Counted from the stretch's first letter, positions 33,344-41,727 are shown. The stretch is 64,000 nucleotides of DNA from an uncultured Aliarcobacter sp. (GCA_963664305.2 CAXXLV010000002.1:1216001-1280000), one strand, 5' to 3'. Numbers and translations: made by a program. Notes: generated by a model not told the origin, from the letters alone.

Positions 33344-33448
33344 ATGAGTGATTGGCAAGTATATCTAATGATGTTTATTGTTGTTAGCCTTATGTTACTT
33401 GGTAAAAAAATGATGTTTTTTGATAATGAAAAAAAGGATAAAAATTGA
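33344..33448 (+). CDS. Unannotated 34-aa small membrane protein
   Basis: MSDWQVYLMMFIVVSLMLLGKKMMFFDNEKKDKN*; AAAGG RBS; TTGA overlap with next start. Confidence 0.6.
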   Translation: MSDWQVYLMMFIVVSLMLLGKKMMFFDNEKKDKN

Positions 33449-34674
33449 TAAATCCAAAAATTATAGATTATATTTTTTCAAGTGCATCTATTCAAAGATG
33501 GAATGATTATCCAAGAATGGTTGAACTAGTAGAACTTGATAAACAAGCTCATAAATTTATAATTGCTTATTTTATTGCGAAACTTGAAAAAGATATAAAT
33601 TTTACACATCTAATTGAAGCTGGTATTTTTGAATTTTTAAGACGTGTAGTTGTAACTGATATAAGACCTGATGTTTTTAGAAAAGCTTTACAAAAAAAAT
33701 CAAAAGAGATTAATAGTTGGGTTATTTCAAAATTATCTTCTTCTATAAAAGATATTGATAATGGAACTTTTTTACAAAAATTTGAAGAGTTTTTGAATAA
33801 TCCGGAAATGTATAAAAAAGAGAGATTTATTTTAAAAGCGGCTTCATATCTTGCAACAAAATGGGAATTTTCAATCGTTTATCAAACAAGCCAATTTTTA
33901 AATGATATTGAAGATGTAAAAAAAAGTGTTGATGAAGAACTTGAAGACTATTATGAATTAATCGGTGTAAGAAAAATTGCATTAAATAAAAAATTAGGAA
34001 AAATTGTAGATTTAAGTGGTAGATTAAGATTCCAAAAAAGATGGGCACAAACTCCAAGAATTCCAGAAACTTCTGTTTTAGGACATATGTTAACTGTTGC
34101 AATTTTTGGATACTTTTTCTCACTTGAAGTAAAAGCTTGTGATAAAAGATTACAAAACAACTTTTTTACAGCTTTATTTCATGATTTACCTGAAGCTTTA
34201 ACACGAGATATTATAACTCCTGTAAAATATTGTGTTGATGAATTATCTGACATTATTGCAGAGTATGAAATAGAAAAAATTGAAGATGATATTTTGCCAA
34301 ATATTCCAGAAACTTTACACGAAGAGTTTTCTTATATTTTAGGGCTTTATGATGGAATAAAAGAAGAGTTTACAAATAAGATTAAAAACAATGGAAAAAT
34401 TGAAGTTGTAGAAGATATTTCAAAATACAATATTGATAAATATGAAGCAATAGATGGACTTGCTCTTAAACAATGTGATAAGTTATCAGCTTTTGTGGAA
34501 GCTAGTTTATCAATCTCCCATGGAATAAAATCTAAAGAATTAATTGGTGGGAAAAAAGAGATTCTAAAAAGTCTAAAAGAGATTCAAGGAATTGATTTTA
34601 AAGCAATTGCTATGCAAATTGACCATGAATTTGGAACAACAGGACAAACACAAGCCAGAATGGATTTTGATTAA
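33445..34674 (+). CDS. HD-domain phosphohydrolase (YfbR-like, duplicated domain)
   Basis: RW..., ETSVLGH, FHDLPE, CDKL in C-terminal half; degenerate copy in N-terminal half. Confidence 0.8.
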   Translation: MINPKIIDYIFSSASIQRWNDYPRMVELVELDKQAHKFIIAYFIAKLEKDINFTHLIEAGIFEFLRRVVVTDIRPDVFRKALQKKSKEINSWVISKLSSSIKDIDNGTFLQKFEEFLNNPEMYKKERFILKAASYLATKWEFSIVYQTSQFLNDIEDVKKSVDEELEDYYELIGVRKIALNKKLGKIVDLSGRLRFQKRWAQTPRIPETSVLGHMLTVAIFGYFFSLEVKACDKRLQNNFFTALFHDLPEALTRDIITPVKYCVDELSDIIAEYEIEKIEDDILPNIPETLHEEFSYILGLYDGIKEEFTNKIKNNGKIEVVEDISKYNIDKYEAIDGLALKQCDKLSAFVEASLSISHGIKSKELIGGKKEILKSLKEIQGIDFKAIAMQIDHEFGTTGQTQARMDFD

Positions 34675-34681
34675 AATACAG

Positions 34682-34712
34682 TAAAATATAGCTTTTTAAA
34701 AGCTATATTTTA
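34682..34712. terminator. Palindromic probable terminator between convergent genes
   Basis: TAAAATATAGCTTTT-T-AAAAGCTATATTTTA. Confidence 0.6.
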
Positions 34713-36660
34713 GATTTACATATCCATATCTTCCTGGGTCATTAAATAATACTCTTTCTGAACCAACTTGCACATATGTAATATCTTGATATGTATTTGT
34801 TGAAGCATATGTTTTATCAAAAATATTGTCAACACCAAGTGTTAAACCAAAATTTTTATGTAATTGATTTGTATATTTTAAATTAACAACTGCATAACCA
34901 CCTAATTCTTGTTCTCTTGCACTACTATCAAAACTGTCCCATCTATCAACTGCTATTACTTCTGCTGTATATTTTGATTTATCCATTTCATAATTTAATG
35001 CTAAATTTGCTTTCAATGGTGGAATTTCTGCTAAATCTCTATCAGCAACATCTTCATCTTTTTTACCTCTTTGGTAAGCTACACCATAATCAAATGAAAA
35101 ATTATCTGTAATTGCATAAAGTCCACTTACATCAAATCCATAAATTTTTGCATCAATATTTTCAAATTTACTTCCAGTATTATAAATATAATCTTTTAAC
35201 ACTGAATAAAATAATTTTGGTTTTATATTGAAGTTTCCAATAGTTTTATCAAATCCTAAATCAGCTTCATAATTTTTTACATCATCTAAATCTGAATTTC
35301 CTTGAGTTCCCATAGCACTAGTTGTATAAAGTTCTCTTGCATCTGGAACTCTTGCTGATTTTCCAATTCCTGCAAAATATTTTGTATTTTCATCTGCATT
35401 ATAAATTCCAAAAATATTAGCATTTAATGAAGCATATTTTTTATCAGTTTTTAAAATACTTGACGAATCAATATCTGTATAATCATATCTAGCACCCATT
35501 TCTAAATCTAACTTCCCAAATGATTTTTCAACTTTTGAAAAAATAGCTTTATTCGTTGTATCAGTTGATGCTAAACTAGAACCTGTATAAGTCGTAATTC
35601 CTGTTGTTGTATTTGTTGAAAAGTTTTCCCCTCTCCAGTTTCTTACACTTGTATCTAATCCAACAGTAACTAATGAATCTGCAACTTCAACACTATTTTT
35701 TATTTTACTTCCCCAAATAGAAGTTTTATAATGAGCAGTATTATAAGTTGTTAATCCATTATTTCTCAATCTTGTACTCATTGGATGGTCAACATTTGAA
35801 TAGTAATAGTCTAAATCTAATTGTTTAGAAAAATCTCCTAAATTTCTAGCAGTATATCCTACTGTATAAATATTTGAATCATCATAATCAGCATCCATTG
35901 AACCTGTTGGATATAAAACATTATCACTTCTATTTGCAGTGTAAGAAAGTTTTATTTCTTGGTCATCATTTATATTAAACTGACCTTTTGTTAAAACAGT
36001 TTGTTTTTCATATGCTCTTTGTTCTGGATTACTATATTGGTTTGCAGTTGGAACATTTTTTTCTACTTGTTGTTCATAAAAAGTATTTCCATTTCCATCT
36101 TCATATTGGTCACTTCTTTCAGTTGATGCAGAAACTAATAATTTTAATTTATCAGTTCCTCCACTTACAGTTGCACTTGCTTTTCTATATCCATAACTTC
36201 CAGCATTTAAGTTAACTTCACCATGAACATCTTTTGTTGGTTCTTTAGTTTCAACTTTTACTAAACCACTTAAAGTTCCAAAGTTCTCTACATCATAAGG
36301 ACCTTCAATAACTTTTACACTTTGAATGTTGTTTGATAAAACGTGAGAAGTTGCAGGGTCCATTCTATTTGGACAAGCTCCATATATTTTTGCATCGTCA
36401 AGTAAAATATTTATATTGTCTTTTTTTTGCCCTCTTAAAATAATATCATTTGCAATTCCACTTCTTCTTACAATTGAAATTGATGGAACATTTTTCATTA
36501 GAGCTTCAGCTAAATCTGCACTTTTAATCTCTTCTGAACTTACATCTTTTACAATTGTTGAATTTGCAGTTTCAACTACACTGATAGTTTCTAATGTATT
36601 AGTTTCACTTGCAAATAAAACAGCAGTTGTTACAAGTGATAGAGAAATAATTCTATTCAT
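34696..36660 (-). CDS. TonB-dependent receptor, OprC-like probable copper receptor
   Basis: Signal peptide, TonB box ETISV, CPNRM (CxxxM) and HPM (HxM), C-terminal F. Confidence 0.85.
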   Translation of the reverse strand: MNRIISLSLVTTAVLFASETNTLETISVVETANSTIVKDVSSEEIKSADLAEALMKNVPSISIVRRSGIANDIILRGQKKDNINILLDDAKIYGACPNRMDPATSHVLSNNIQSVKVIEGPYDVENFGTLSGLVKVETKEPTKDVHGEVNLNAGSYGYRKASATVSGGTDKLKLLVSASTERSDQYEDGNGNTFYEQQVEKNVPTANQYSNPEQRAYEKQTVLTKGQFNINDDQEIKLSYTANRSDNVLYPTGSMDADYDDSNIYTVGYTARNLGDFSKQLDLDYYYSNVDHPMSTRLRNNGLTTYNTAHYKTSIWGSKIKNSVEVADSLVTVGLDTSVRNWRGENFSTNTTTGITTYTGSSLASTDTTNKAIFSKVEKSFGKLDLEMGARYDYTDIDSSSILKTDKKYASLNANIFGIYNADENTKYFAGIGKSARVPDARELYTTSAMGTQGNSDLDDVKNYEADLGFDKTIGNFNIKPKLFYSVLKDYIYNTGSKFENIDAKIYGFDVSGLYAITDNFSFDYGVAYQRGKKDEDVADRDLAEIPPLKANLALNYEMDKSKYTAEVIAVDRWDSFDSSAREQELGGYAVVNLKYTNQLHKNFGLTLGVDNIFDKTYASTNTYQDITYVQVGSERVLFNDPGRYGYVNLKYSF

Positions 36661-36708
36661 AAATTTTACCTTGTATTAAAAAATTTACGAAAGTATTACA
36701 AAGAGCTG

Positions 36709-36726
36709 TTAATTTACTGTTAATTA
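36709..36726 (+). repeat. attL core TTAATTTACTGTTAATTA
   Basis: Identical to 41931-41948. Confidence 0.82.
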
Positions 36727-36939
36727 GAAAGAACTTAAAAACTTTATTTCTTTATATATTGATTATTTTTTGTGTTGAATAAGTATGTTAATTTATCAAA
36801 TTAACAAAAATTATACAAATTTAATTACTAATAACAAATTAATATTTTTTCCAATATCTAAAAAAAATTATTTTTCTAATAATTAAAATTCCATTAAAGT
36901 TATTAAGTTATAATAAAAATTATTTTTTAAAGGAATTAA

Positions 36940-37245
36940 ATGAAAAAACTTTTATTAATTAGTTTATTAACATCTCTTGCATTTTCAGAGGTTTATTATA
37001 AAAATAAAGATACAAAATATAATGATCGAGAATTAGCAGATGACCAAATCAGAATAAATGGTTATATTACAAATGTAAATAAATGGCGTGATTATACTAT
37101 CATAGAAATAAAACAAAAAGATGGAAAATATGTAAAAGCTAAAGTTGGTAATAATGATGGATTTAGTGAAAATGACATAGTTTTAGGAAGTTGTGTTAAT
37201 TACAAATACGGTCAATATGAAAGATGTTCATTATACAGAAGATAG
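36940..37245 (+). CDS. Small secreted hypothetical protein (element cargo)
   Basis: Signal peptide MKKLLLISLLTSLAFS; AAGGA RBS; gtTATAAT at 36907-14. Confidence 0.75.
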   Translation: MKKLLLISLLTSLAFSEVYYKNKDTKYNDRELADDQIRINGYITNVNKWRDYTIIEIKQKDGKYVKAKVGNNDGFSENDIVLGSCVNYKYGQYERCSLYRR

Positions 37246-37257
37246 TTATAAAACTAT
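37220..37257 (+). repeat. Cassette-flanking direct repeat, copy 1
   Basis: AAAGATGTTCATTAT-AC-AGAAGATAGTTATAAAACTAT. Confidence 0.85.
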
Positions 37258-37288
37258 AAGTAAATATAAATTCTAAAAAGGAAGAATT

Positions 37289-37684
37289 ATGAAAATAGAT
37301 ACAGATTATCTAAAAGAAATATTAGATGTTTTTATTGAAAGTGATACTAATTACATTAAAACTGATATATACAAAACTATGATTCATGAAAATGAGGAAA
37401 AATTTTTATTTCATTGGGATCTATTATTAGATAAGTATTTAATTGTAAATACAAAAGGCGAAAAACCAAAATTAGCTACATATGCAATGAATGGTGAATG
37501 TTCAATTATTCTTGGATCAAGTGTTAGATTGCATGATAATGGGCATGAATTTTATAATATGCTAGAAGATGATACAACAATAAATAAAATCCAATCAAAT
37601 GTTAAAAATTTAAGTATGGATTTTCTTTTAGAAGCATCAAAACAGTATATAAATTATAAACTTGGAAATATTTTTAATTCATAA
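37289..37684 (+). CDS. DUF2513-like winged-helix hypothetical protein
   Basis: MKID.D.LKEIL N-terminus, H..LL.D..LI, RLHDNGHEF pattern recalled from DUF2513. Confidence 0.6.
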   Translation: MKIDTDYLKEILDVFIESDTNYIKTDIYKTMIHENEEKFLFHWDLLLDKYLIVNTKGEKPKLATYAMNGECSIILGSSVRLHDNGHEFYNMLEDDTTINKIQSNVKNLSMDFLLEASKQYINYKLGNIFNS

Positions 37685-37725
37685 ATAATACAAAATAAGA
37701 AATATAAATAATACATTTATTTCTA

Positions 37726-37764
37726 AAAGATGTTCATTATTATAGAAGATAGTTATAAAACTAT
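37726..37764 (+). repeat. Cassette-flanking direct repeat, copy 2
   Basis: AAAGATGTTCATTAT-TAT-AGAAGATAGTTATAAAACTAT. Confidence 0.85.
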
Positions 37765-37767
37765 TTT

Positions 37768-38139
37768 CTATTTAAAAATCATAGTGTTATAAATTTTATT
37801 CTCTTCTTTTTGTTCTTTAATCGCTGAATATACAAAATATGTCATAAATATTGAAGCCATAATTAATGCTCCTAATACTAATAATCCTATTGCATTTTTG
37901 TGTTCAATTTTTGTATTTTTAATATCTAAAATTGGTTCGTTTGCATAAACTCTTTCATCAGTAGGAATATCTCTTTTATTATTTAGATTTAATTCTATTT
38001 TATTTTTTCTATTTGAATTAGCACTAATAAAATCTAATGCTTCTTTTCTTTTTTCTTCTTTTAATAATTGTTTTTCTGCCCTTATAACTCTTTCTTTATC
38101 ATTCCAGTAATTTTTCAACTCATCATTATCTATCTTCAT
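37768..38139 (-). CDS. Hypothetical protein with C-terminal TM helix (start moved to ATG 38139)
   Basis: AAGGA RBS before 38139; AIGLLVLGALIMASIFMTYFVYS TM segment. Confidence 0.7.
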   Translation of the reverse strand: MKIDNDELKNYWNDKERVIRAEKQLLKEEKRKEALDFISANSNRKNKIELNLNNKRDIPTDERVYANEPILDIKNTKIEHKNAIGLLVLGALIMASIFMTYFVYSAIKEQKEENKIYNTMIFK

Positions 38140-38270
38140 TTTTTTCCTTAAACAAACAATAATATAGATATTCCTATTGTTATAAATAATAAAAAAAGCC
38201 AATCAATATTATCAAAACTTAATCTAAACATTTTAAGCCTTTGTTGTGGTATTAAGAAATTCTAACAATT

Positions 38271-38290
38271 AAATGACTCAGAAATGACTC
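38271..38290. repeat. Tandem AAATGACTC repeat, candidate integrase arm-type sites
   Basis: AAATGACTC-AG-AAATGACTC just downstream of the int stop. Confidence 0.5.
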
Positions 38291-38308
38291 TTTTTATAAC
38301 TTTTTTTA

Positions 38309-39328
38309 TTATTCATCTAAAAATGTAGTTTTTCTTATTGTCGTTTCTTTTTTTATATATTTAGAATATTTTTGTAAAGTTACATCTAAAGACCTATGTC
38401 CTAACATTTGACTAACCCATAATGGGTTTTCTGCATTTGAAAGCATATTACTTGCAAAGGTGTGTCTTGTTTGATATATTGAACGATAATCTAAATCTAA
38501 ATGATTTAAAATATCTTTCCAAATATTTTGTAAAGCTGAACTAGACTTAAAAGGTTTAAATTTACTATTCAAAAACACATATTCAAAAGAACCAGTAATT
38601 TTATATTGTTCTAAAAGATAACTTTCACAAATTGGCAGCATATCAATAGTTCTAACACTTGATTTAGTTTTAGGTGTATCTTCAAAACCGTTTGTAAATT
38701 GATTATCTATTTTTATGGTAAAGTTTTCAAAATCAATATTACACCATTTTAAACCAAATATTTCTCCAGTTCTTGCACCAGTATAAAAAAGAGTTGCAAT
38801 TAAATTTTTTATTAAGTCAGGAGCCGTATCAATAATTTTTTTAGCTTCATCAAAAGTAAAAGGATTCATAACATAATTTGTTTTTAGTTTTGGTTTTGTA
38901 ATTTGTAATGGAGTAAAATTGATATAACCTTTGATTATTGCTTTTTCAAATGCAAACTTCAATATAACATGACATATTCTTAAAGTAGATTTATCAGAAA
39001 AAGAATTATAAAAATCATAAATTATTGATGGAGTAATTACACTAACTACTTTATCACTAAAGAAAGGTTTTATTTGAGTATTAAATAAGTTATTATATGC
39101 ACGATAAGAATTTCTTTTTAAAGTTGATTCTTTCTCATCTAAAACCATTTGACAAAGTTCTACAACAGTAGGAACACTCTTTTTAATATTGAATTTATTA
39201 AAAAATTCTTCATCTTCATAATAAGACTTGAATTTCTTTATATTCTCTTTTGAATATTTTAATTTTGTTGTTTTTCTTATTCCATTAATTGATACATATA
39301 GAATGCCATTTCTATCGTAAAAAGTCAT
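38309..39328 (-). CDS. int: Tyrosine recombinase/integrase (start ATG 39328)
   Basis: TGARTGE, PKT, YQTRH, LGH, KY catalytic set; GGAGG RBS. Confidence 0.95.
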   Translation of the reverse strand: MTFYDRNGILYVSINGIRKTTKLKYSKENIKKFKSYYEDEEFFNKFNIKKSVPTVVELCQMVLDEKESTLKRNSYRAYNNLFNTQIKPFFSDKVVSVITPSIIYDFYNSFSDKSTLRICHVILKFAFEKAIIKGYINFTPLQITKPKLKTNYVMNPFTFDEAKKIIDTAPDLIKNLIATLFYTGARTGEIFGLKWCNIDFENFTIKIDNQFTNGFEDTPKTKSSVRTIDMLPICESYLLEQYKITGSFEYVFLNSKFKPFKSSSALQNIWKDILNHLDLDYRSIYQTRHTFASNMLSNAENPLWVSQMLGHRSLDVTLQKYSKYIKKETTIRKTTFLDE

Positions 39329-39426
39329 TTTTCCTCCAAATTTACGCATTAAGTTCTTATCTAGTAGCAAAAGAAAACAAAAAATATTTTAAATTTGTTT
39401 GTATCCTCACGCCCTATCGGTTGTGT

Positions 39427-39498
39427 ACTCATTTTTAAAATATCGGTCTAATATCAATAACGATAAAAAAAGCTATCCGAATATTTTAAAAATCGAGT
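39427..39498. other. Long imperfect hairpin between xis-like gene and int
   Basis: ACTCATTTTTAAAATATCGG pairs with CCGAATATTTTAAAAATCGAGT: 20 bp with two single-base bulges. Confidence 0.7.
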
Positions 39499-39539
39499 CT
39501 TAATAATTAATATACATTTGTTATAAAATACTACAACTA

Positions 39540-39824
39540 TTATGAAGCTAGTTTTTTTATTGCTTCACTTATAAAAATTATTTTTATTTTTCCTTTTTCT
39601 ATCGTTTTATGATAATGAACACCTATTTTTAATCTTCCATCTTTAAACATATTATTTAATGTTGATTCAGATATATCTAGATATTCTCTAACATTTTTTC
39701 TTTTTGTCAAATCTGGAACTTTTATAAGATTACTTTCCAATAATTTTATTTTATTTTCTAAGAAAGTAATTTTTTCTAAAACTTCAGGAATTAAATCTAG
39801 ATTTTTAAAAGCTTCATAACTCAT
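39540..39824 (-). CDS. Excisionase/AlpA-like HTH protein
   Basis: LTKRKNVREYLDISESTLNNM..DGRL..GVHY; directly upstream of int. Confidence 0.75.
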   Translation of the reverse strand: MSYEAFKNLDLIPEVLEKITFLENKIKLLESNLIKVPDLTKRKNVREYLDISESTLNNMFKDGRLKIGVHYHKTIEKGKIKIIFISEAIKKLAS

Positions 39825-39850
39825 TTTTTATCCTTTTTATAATTAATATA

Positions 39851-40897
39851 TCAATAATCCAAAAGCCCATTTCTCAAAGAGTAGTTTTCACCTCTTTGGT
39901 ATATCAGCTCATCACCAAAAAATATTTCCATTATCTTGTTTCTATTAGTTTGTAATACAAATATAGATAATGATTTCTTTTTAACTAAAGTAGTTAATTC
40001 TTTTAAACTGAATTTTTCATGTAATAATCTATAAAGACTTAAAGGTGCTAAAGTTTTACTACAATTAAATCTAACGATTCTATGTTTACAATACCAAGCA
40101 TTTAAATATTTCTCTTTAGTTGATAAATTCTCTTTTTTAGATAAAGGTAATGTTTTATTTATATACTTCATTACATATGATGCAGCATTTTTAATATTTA
40201 TCTGTATGTCATTTGCTTTATTATCAAATAATCTTTTAAATGCGTTAACCACTCTATCTACACTTGATTTTGGGATAAATAGTAATATATGAGTATGTGG
40301 CGTTCCATTTTTATGTGGCTCATTTACTCTAAAATATATTCTTTCATCTTTAGTTAATTCTTTCAAACTTCTATCGTGTCTAAGTTTGGAAAACATTTTT
40401 GTTAAATGCTTTACTGCTTCTTTAGGTTGAATAAAATTATATTTAGAATTAGGCACTAAAATATTCATCTTTTTATCCATTTTCATTTTATGAAACTCAC
40501 TTGGAAGTGTTAAAGTCATAAATATTGGAAATAGATTTTTTTCTTTTGCTTCATTTGTTAATGTATTAATTCTGTTTTGAATTAATGCATGATATCTAGT
40601 TGGATTATGATTAGCTGATATAACTAAATCTTTTAAAGGAATTTGAGTTCCTGAAATTTTGTCATAGAGGTAATTATATTTTAAAAAAGAATTTTGTCTT
40701 TTTAACTTTTCTAAAACTTCTTTATAATCATTTTGACTTAAGCCATAAATTTTAGTTTTATTGCTTATGTCCACAACTTTTTTATAAATAGTCAAGGAAG
40801 ATAAAGAAGAAAAACTTTGTTCGCACGGCTCACAAATTATTTTCTTCTTATCTTCAATCATTACGCTATTGTTAATAATTTCTTTTGTATAATGCAT
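39851..40897 (-). CDS. rep: Rolling-circle replication initiator (HUH endonuclease, phage gpA-like)
   Basis: Motif 1 FMTLTLP, motif 2 EPHKNGTPHTH, motif 3 YVMKY; AAGGA RBS. Confidence 0.92.
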   Translation of the reverse strand: MHYTKEIINNSVMIEDKKKIICEPCEQSFSSLSSLTIYKKVVDISNKTKIYGLSQNDYKEVLEKLKRQNSFLKYNYLYDKISGTQIPLKDLVISANHNPTRYHALIQNRINTLTNEAKEKNLFPIFMTLTLPSEFHKMKMDKKMNILVPNSKYNFIQPKEAVKHLTKMFSKLRHDRSLKELTKDERIYFRVNEPHKNGTPHTHILLFIPKSSVDRVVNAFKRLFDNKANDIQINIKNAASYVMKYINKTLPLSKKENLSTKEKYLNAWYCKHRIVRFNCSKTLAPLSLYRLLHEKFSLKELTTLVKKKSLSIFVLQTNRNKIMEIFFGDELIYQRGENYSLRNGLLDY

Positions 40898-40899
40898 TT

Positions 40900-40975
40900 A
40901 TATATCCTTATCCGAGGTTATTTAGTTCAAAGGAAGAAAAACCGCCAAGTATTCTTTCCTTTGGACAACTTAATT
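40900..40975 (+). ncRNA. Candidate antisense RNA to the rep leader (ends approximate)
   Basis: TATAAT at 40888-93; spans complement of the rep RBS and the 40925-40966 hairpin with CGCCAA loop. Confidence 0.45.
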
Positions 40976-41240
40976 AAACTGCTGTAAATGAAATTGAAGA
41001 CTTAGAATAAAGTTTGCAATTTATTTCCATATCTTTACCAATATTAGATTGATATTTTTGTACCTCTTTTTCATCAATAGTTATATCAACTAATTCTTTT
41101 TTAGAAGTACCATTATTTAGTTTTTGATTTGCAAGTAATTGAACTGCAAATTTTTTACTCGTACTTTCTCCTGTTTCTTTATTTATATAGACTGGCTTTT
41201 CGTAACAATCTATTATTTTGCCTTGTATTGTTATGTTCAT
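40974..41240 (-). CDS. Probable single-stranded DNA-binding protein (inovirus gV/RstB-like)
   Basis: 88 aa, beta-rich, NKETGE beta-hairpin; adjacent to an RCR Rep. Confidence 0.65.
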   Translation of the reverse strand: MNITIQGKIIDCYEKPVYINKETGESTSKKFAVQLLANQKLNNGTSKKELVDITIDEKEVQKYQSNIGKDMEINCKLYSKSSISFTAV

Positions 41241-41698
41241 TTTTCTTCCTTATTTCTATTTTTTTTAAATTCAAATTCTTTATTTGTAATAGGTGAAACT
41301 ATGAATGATTCTTCTGATAATCCAAATTCAACTGATAATCTTTCATTTTCAACAACATATTTGTCATATTCTTCAACAGTCCGAAAATCTGTTCTACTAC
41401 AACCTGAAACAAAAATGCTTGGTGCAATTAAAGATATAATATCTGGCAAATATCTGATTTCTTCTTCTCCAAATTCATTATTAACTTTTACCCCATAGCC
41501 TTCACCAACAACAACTAACTCTTTTTGTAATTGAACTAAAGAGTTATCAATCATTTCTCTAATTAATGTAGAAACAGTTATTCCATAATGTTCAGCAAGA
41601 ATTTCAAGAACATCAACTTTTCCTTTTGGCATACGAAGATTTATCTTTTTTTCTTCACCTCTGCTATCTAATTTATTTAACTTTTTGTCTAAAGACAT
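41237..41698 (-). CDS. Ribbon-helix-helix (CopG/Arc-like) regulator with C-terminal extension (start ATG 41698)
   Basis: KKINLRMP..VDVLEILAEHYGITVSTLIREMI; AAGGAG RBS. Confidence 0.8.
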   Translation of the reverse strand: MSLDKKLNKLDSRGEEKKINLRMPKGKVDVLEILAEHYGITVSTLIREMIDNSLVQLQKELVVVGEGYGVKVNNEFGEEEIRYLPDIISLIAPSIFVSGCSRTDFRTVEEYDKYVVENERLSVEFGLSEESFIVSPITNKEFEFKKNRNKEEK

Positions 41699-41727
41699 AT
41701 TTACTCCTTTTTGCAAATTATTTGTAT

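Noticed and set aside
36709..36726. dif/XerH-type integration site
   Set aside because: Does not resemble the difH sequence as I recall it, and the element has its own integrase
37220..37764. Integron attC cassette or CRISPR array
   Set aside because: Only two repeats 506 bp apart; no RYYYAAC/GTTRRRY ends; no IntI-specific features recognised; no cas genes
41139..41498. 119-aa plus-strand ORF in the element
   Set aside because: Fully antisense to the SSB and RHH genes; no RBS or recognisable motif
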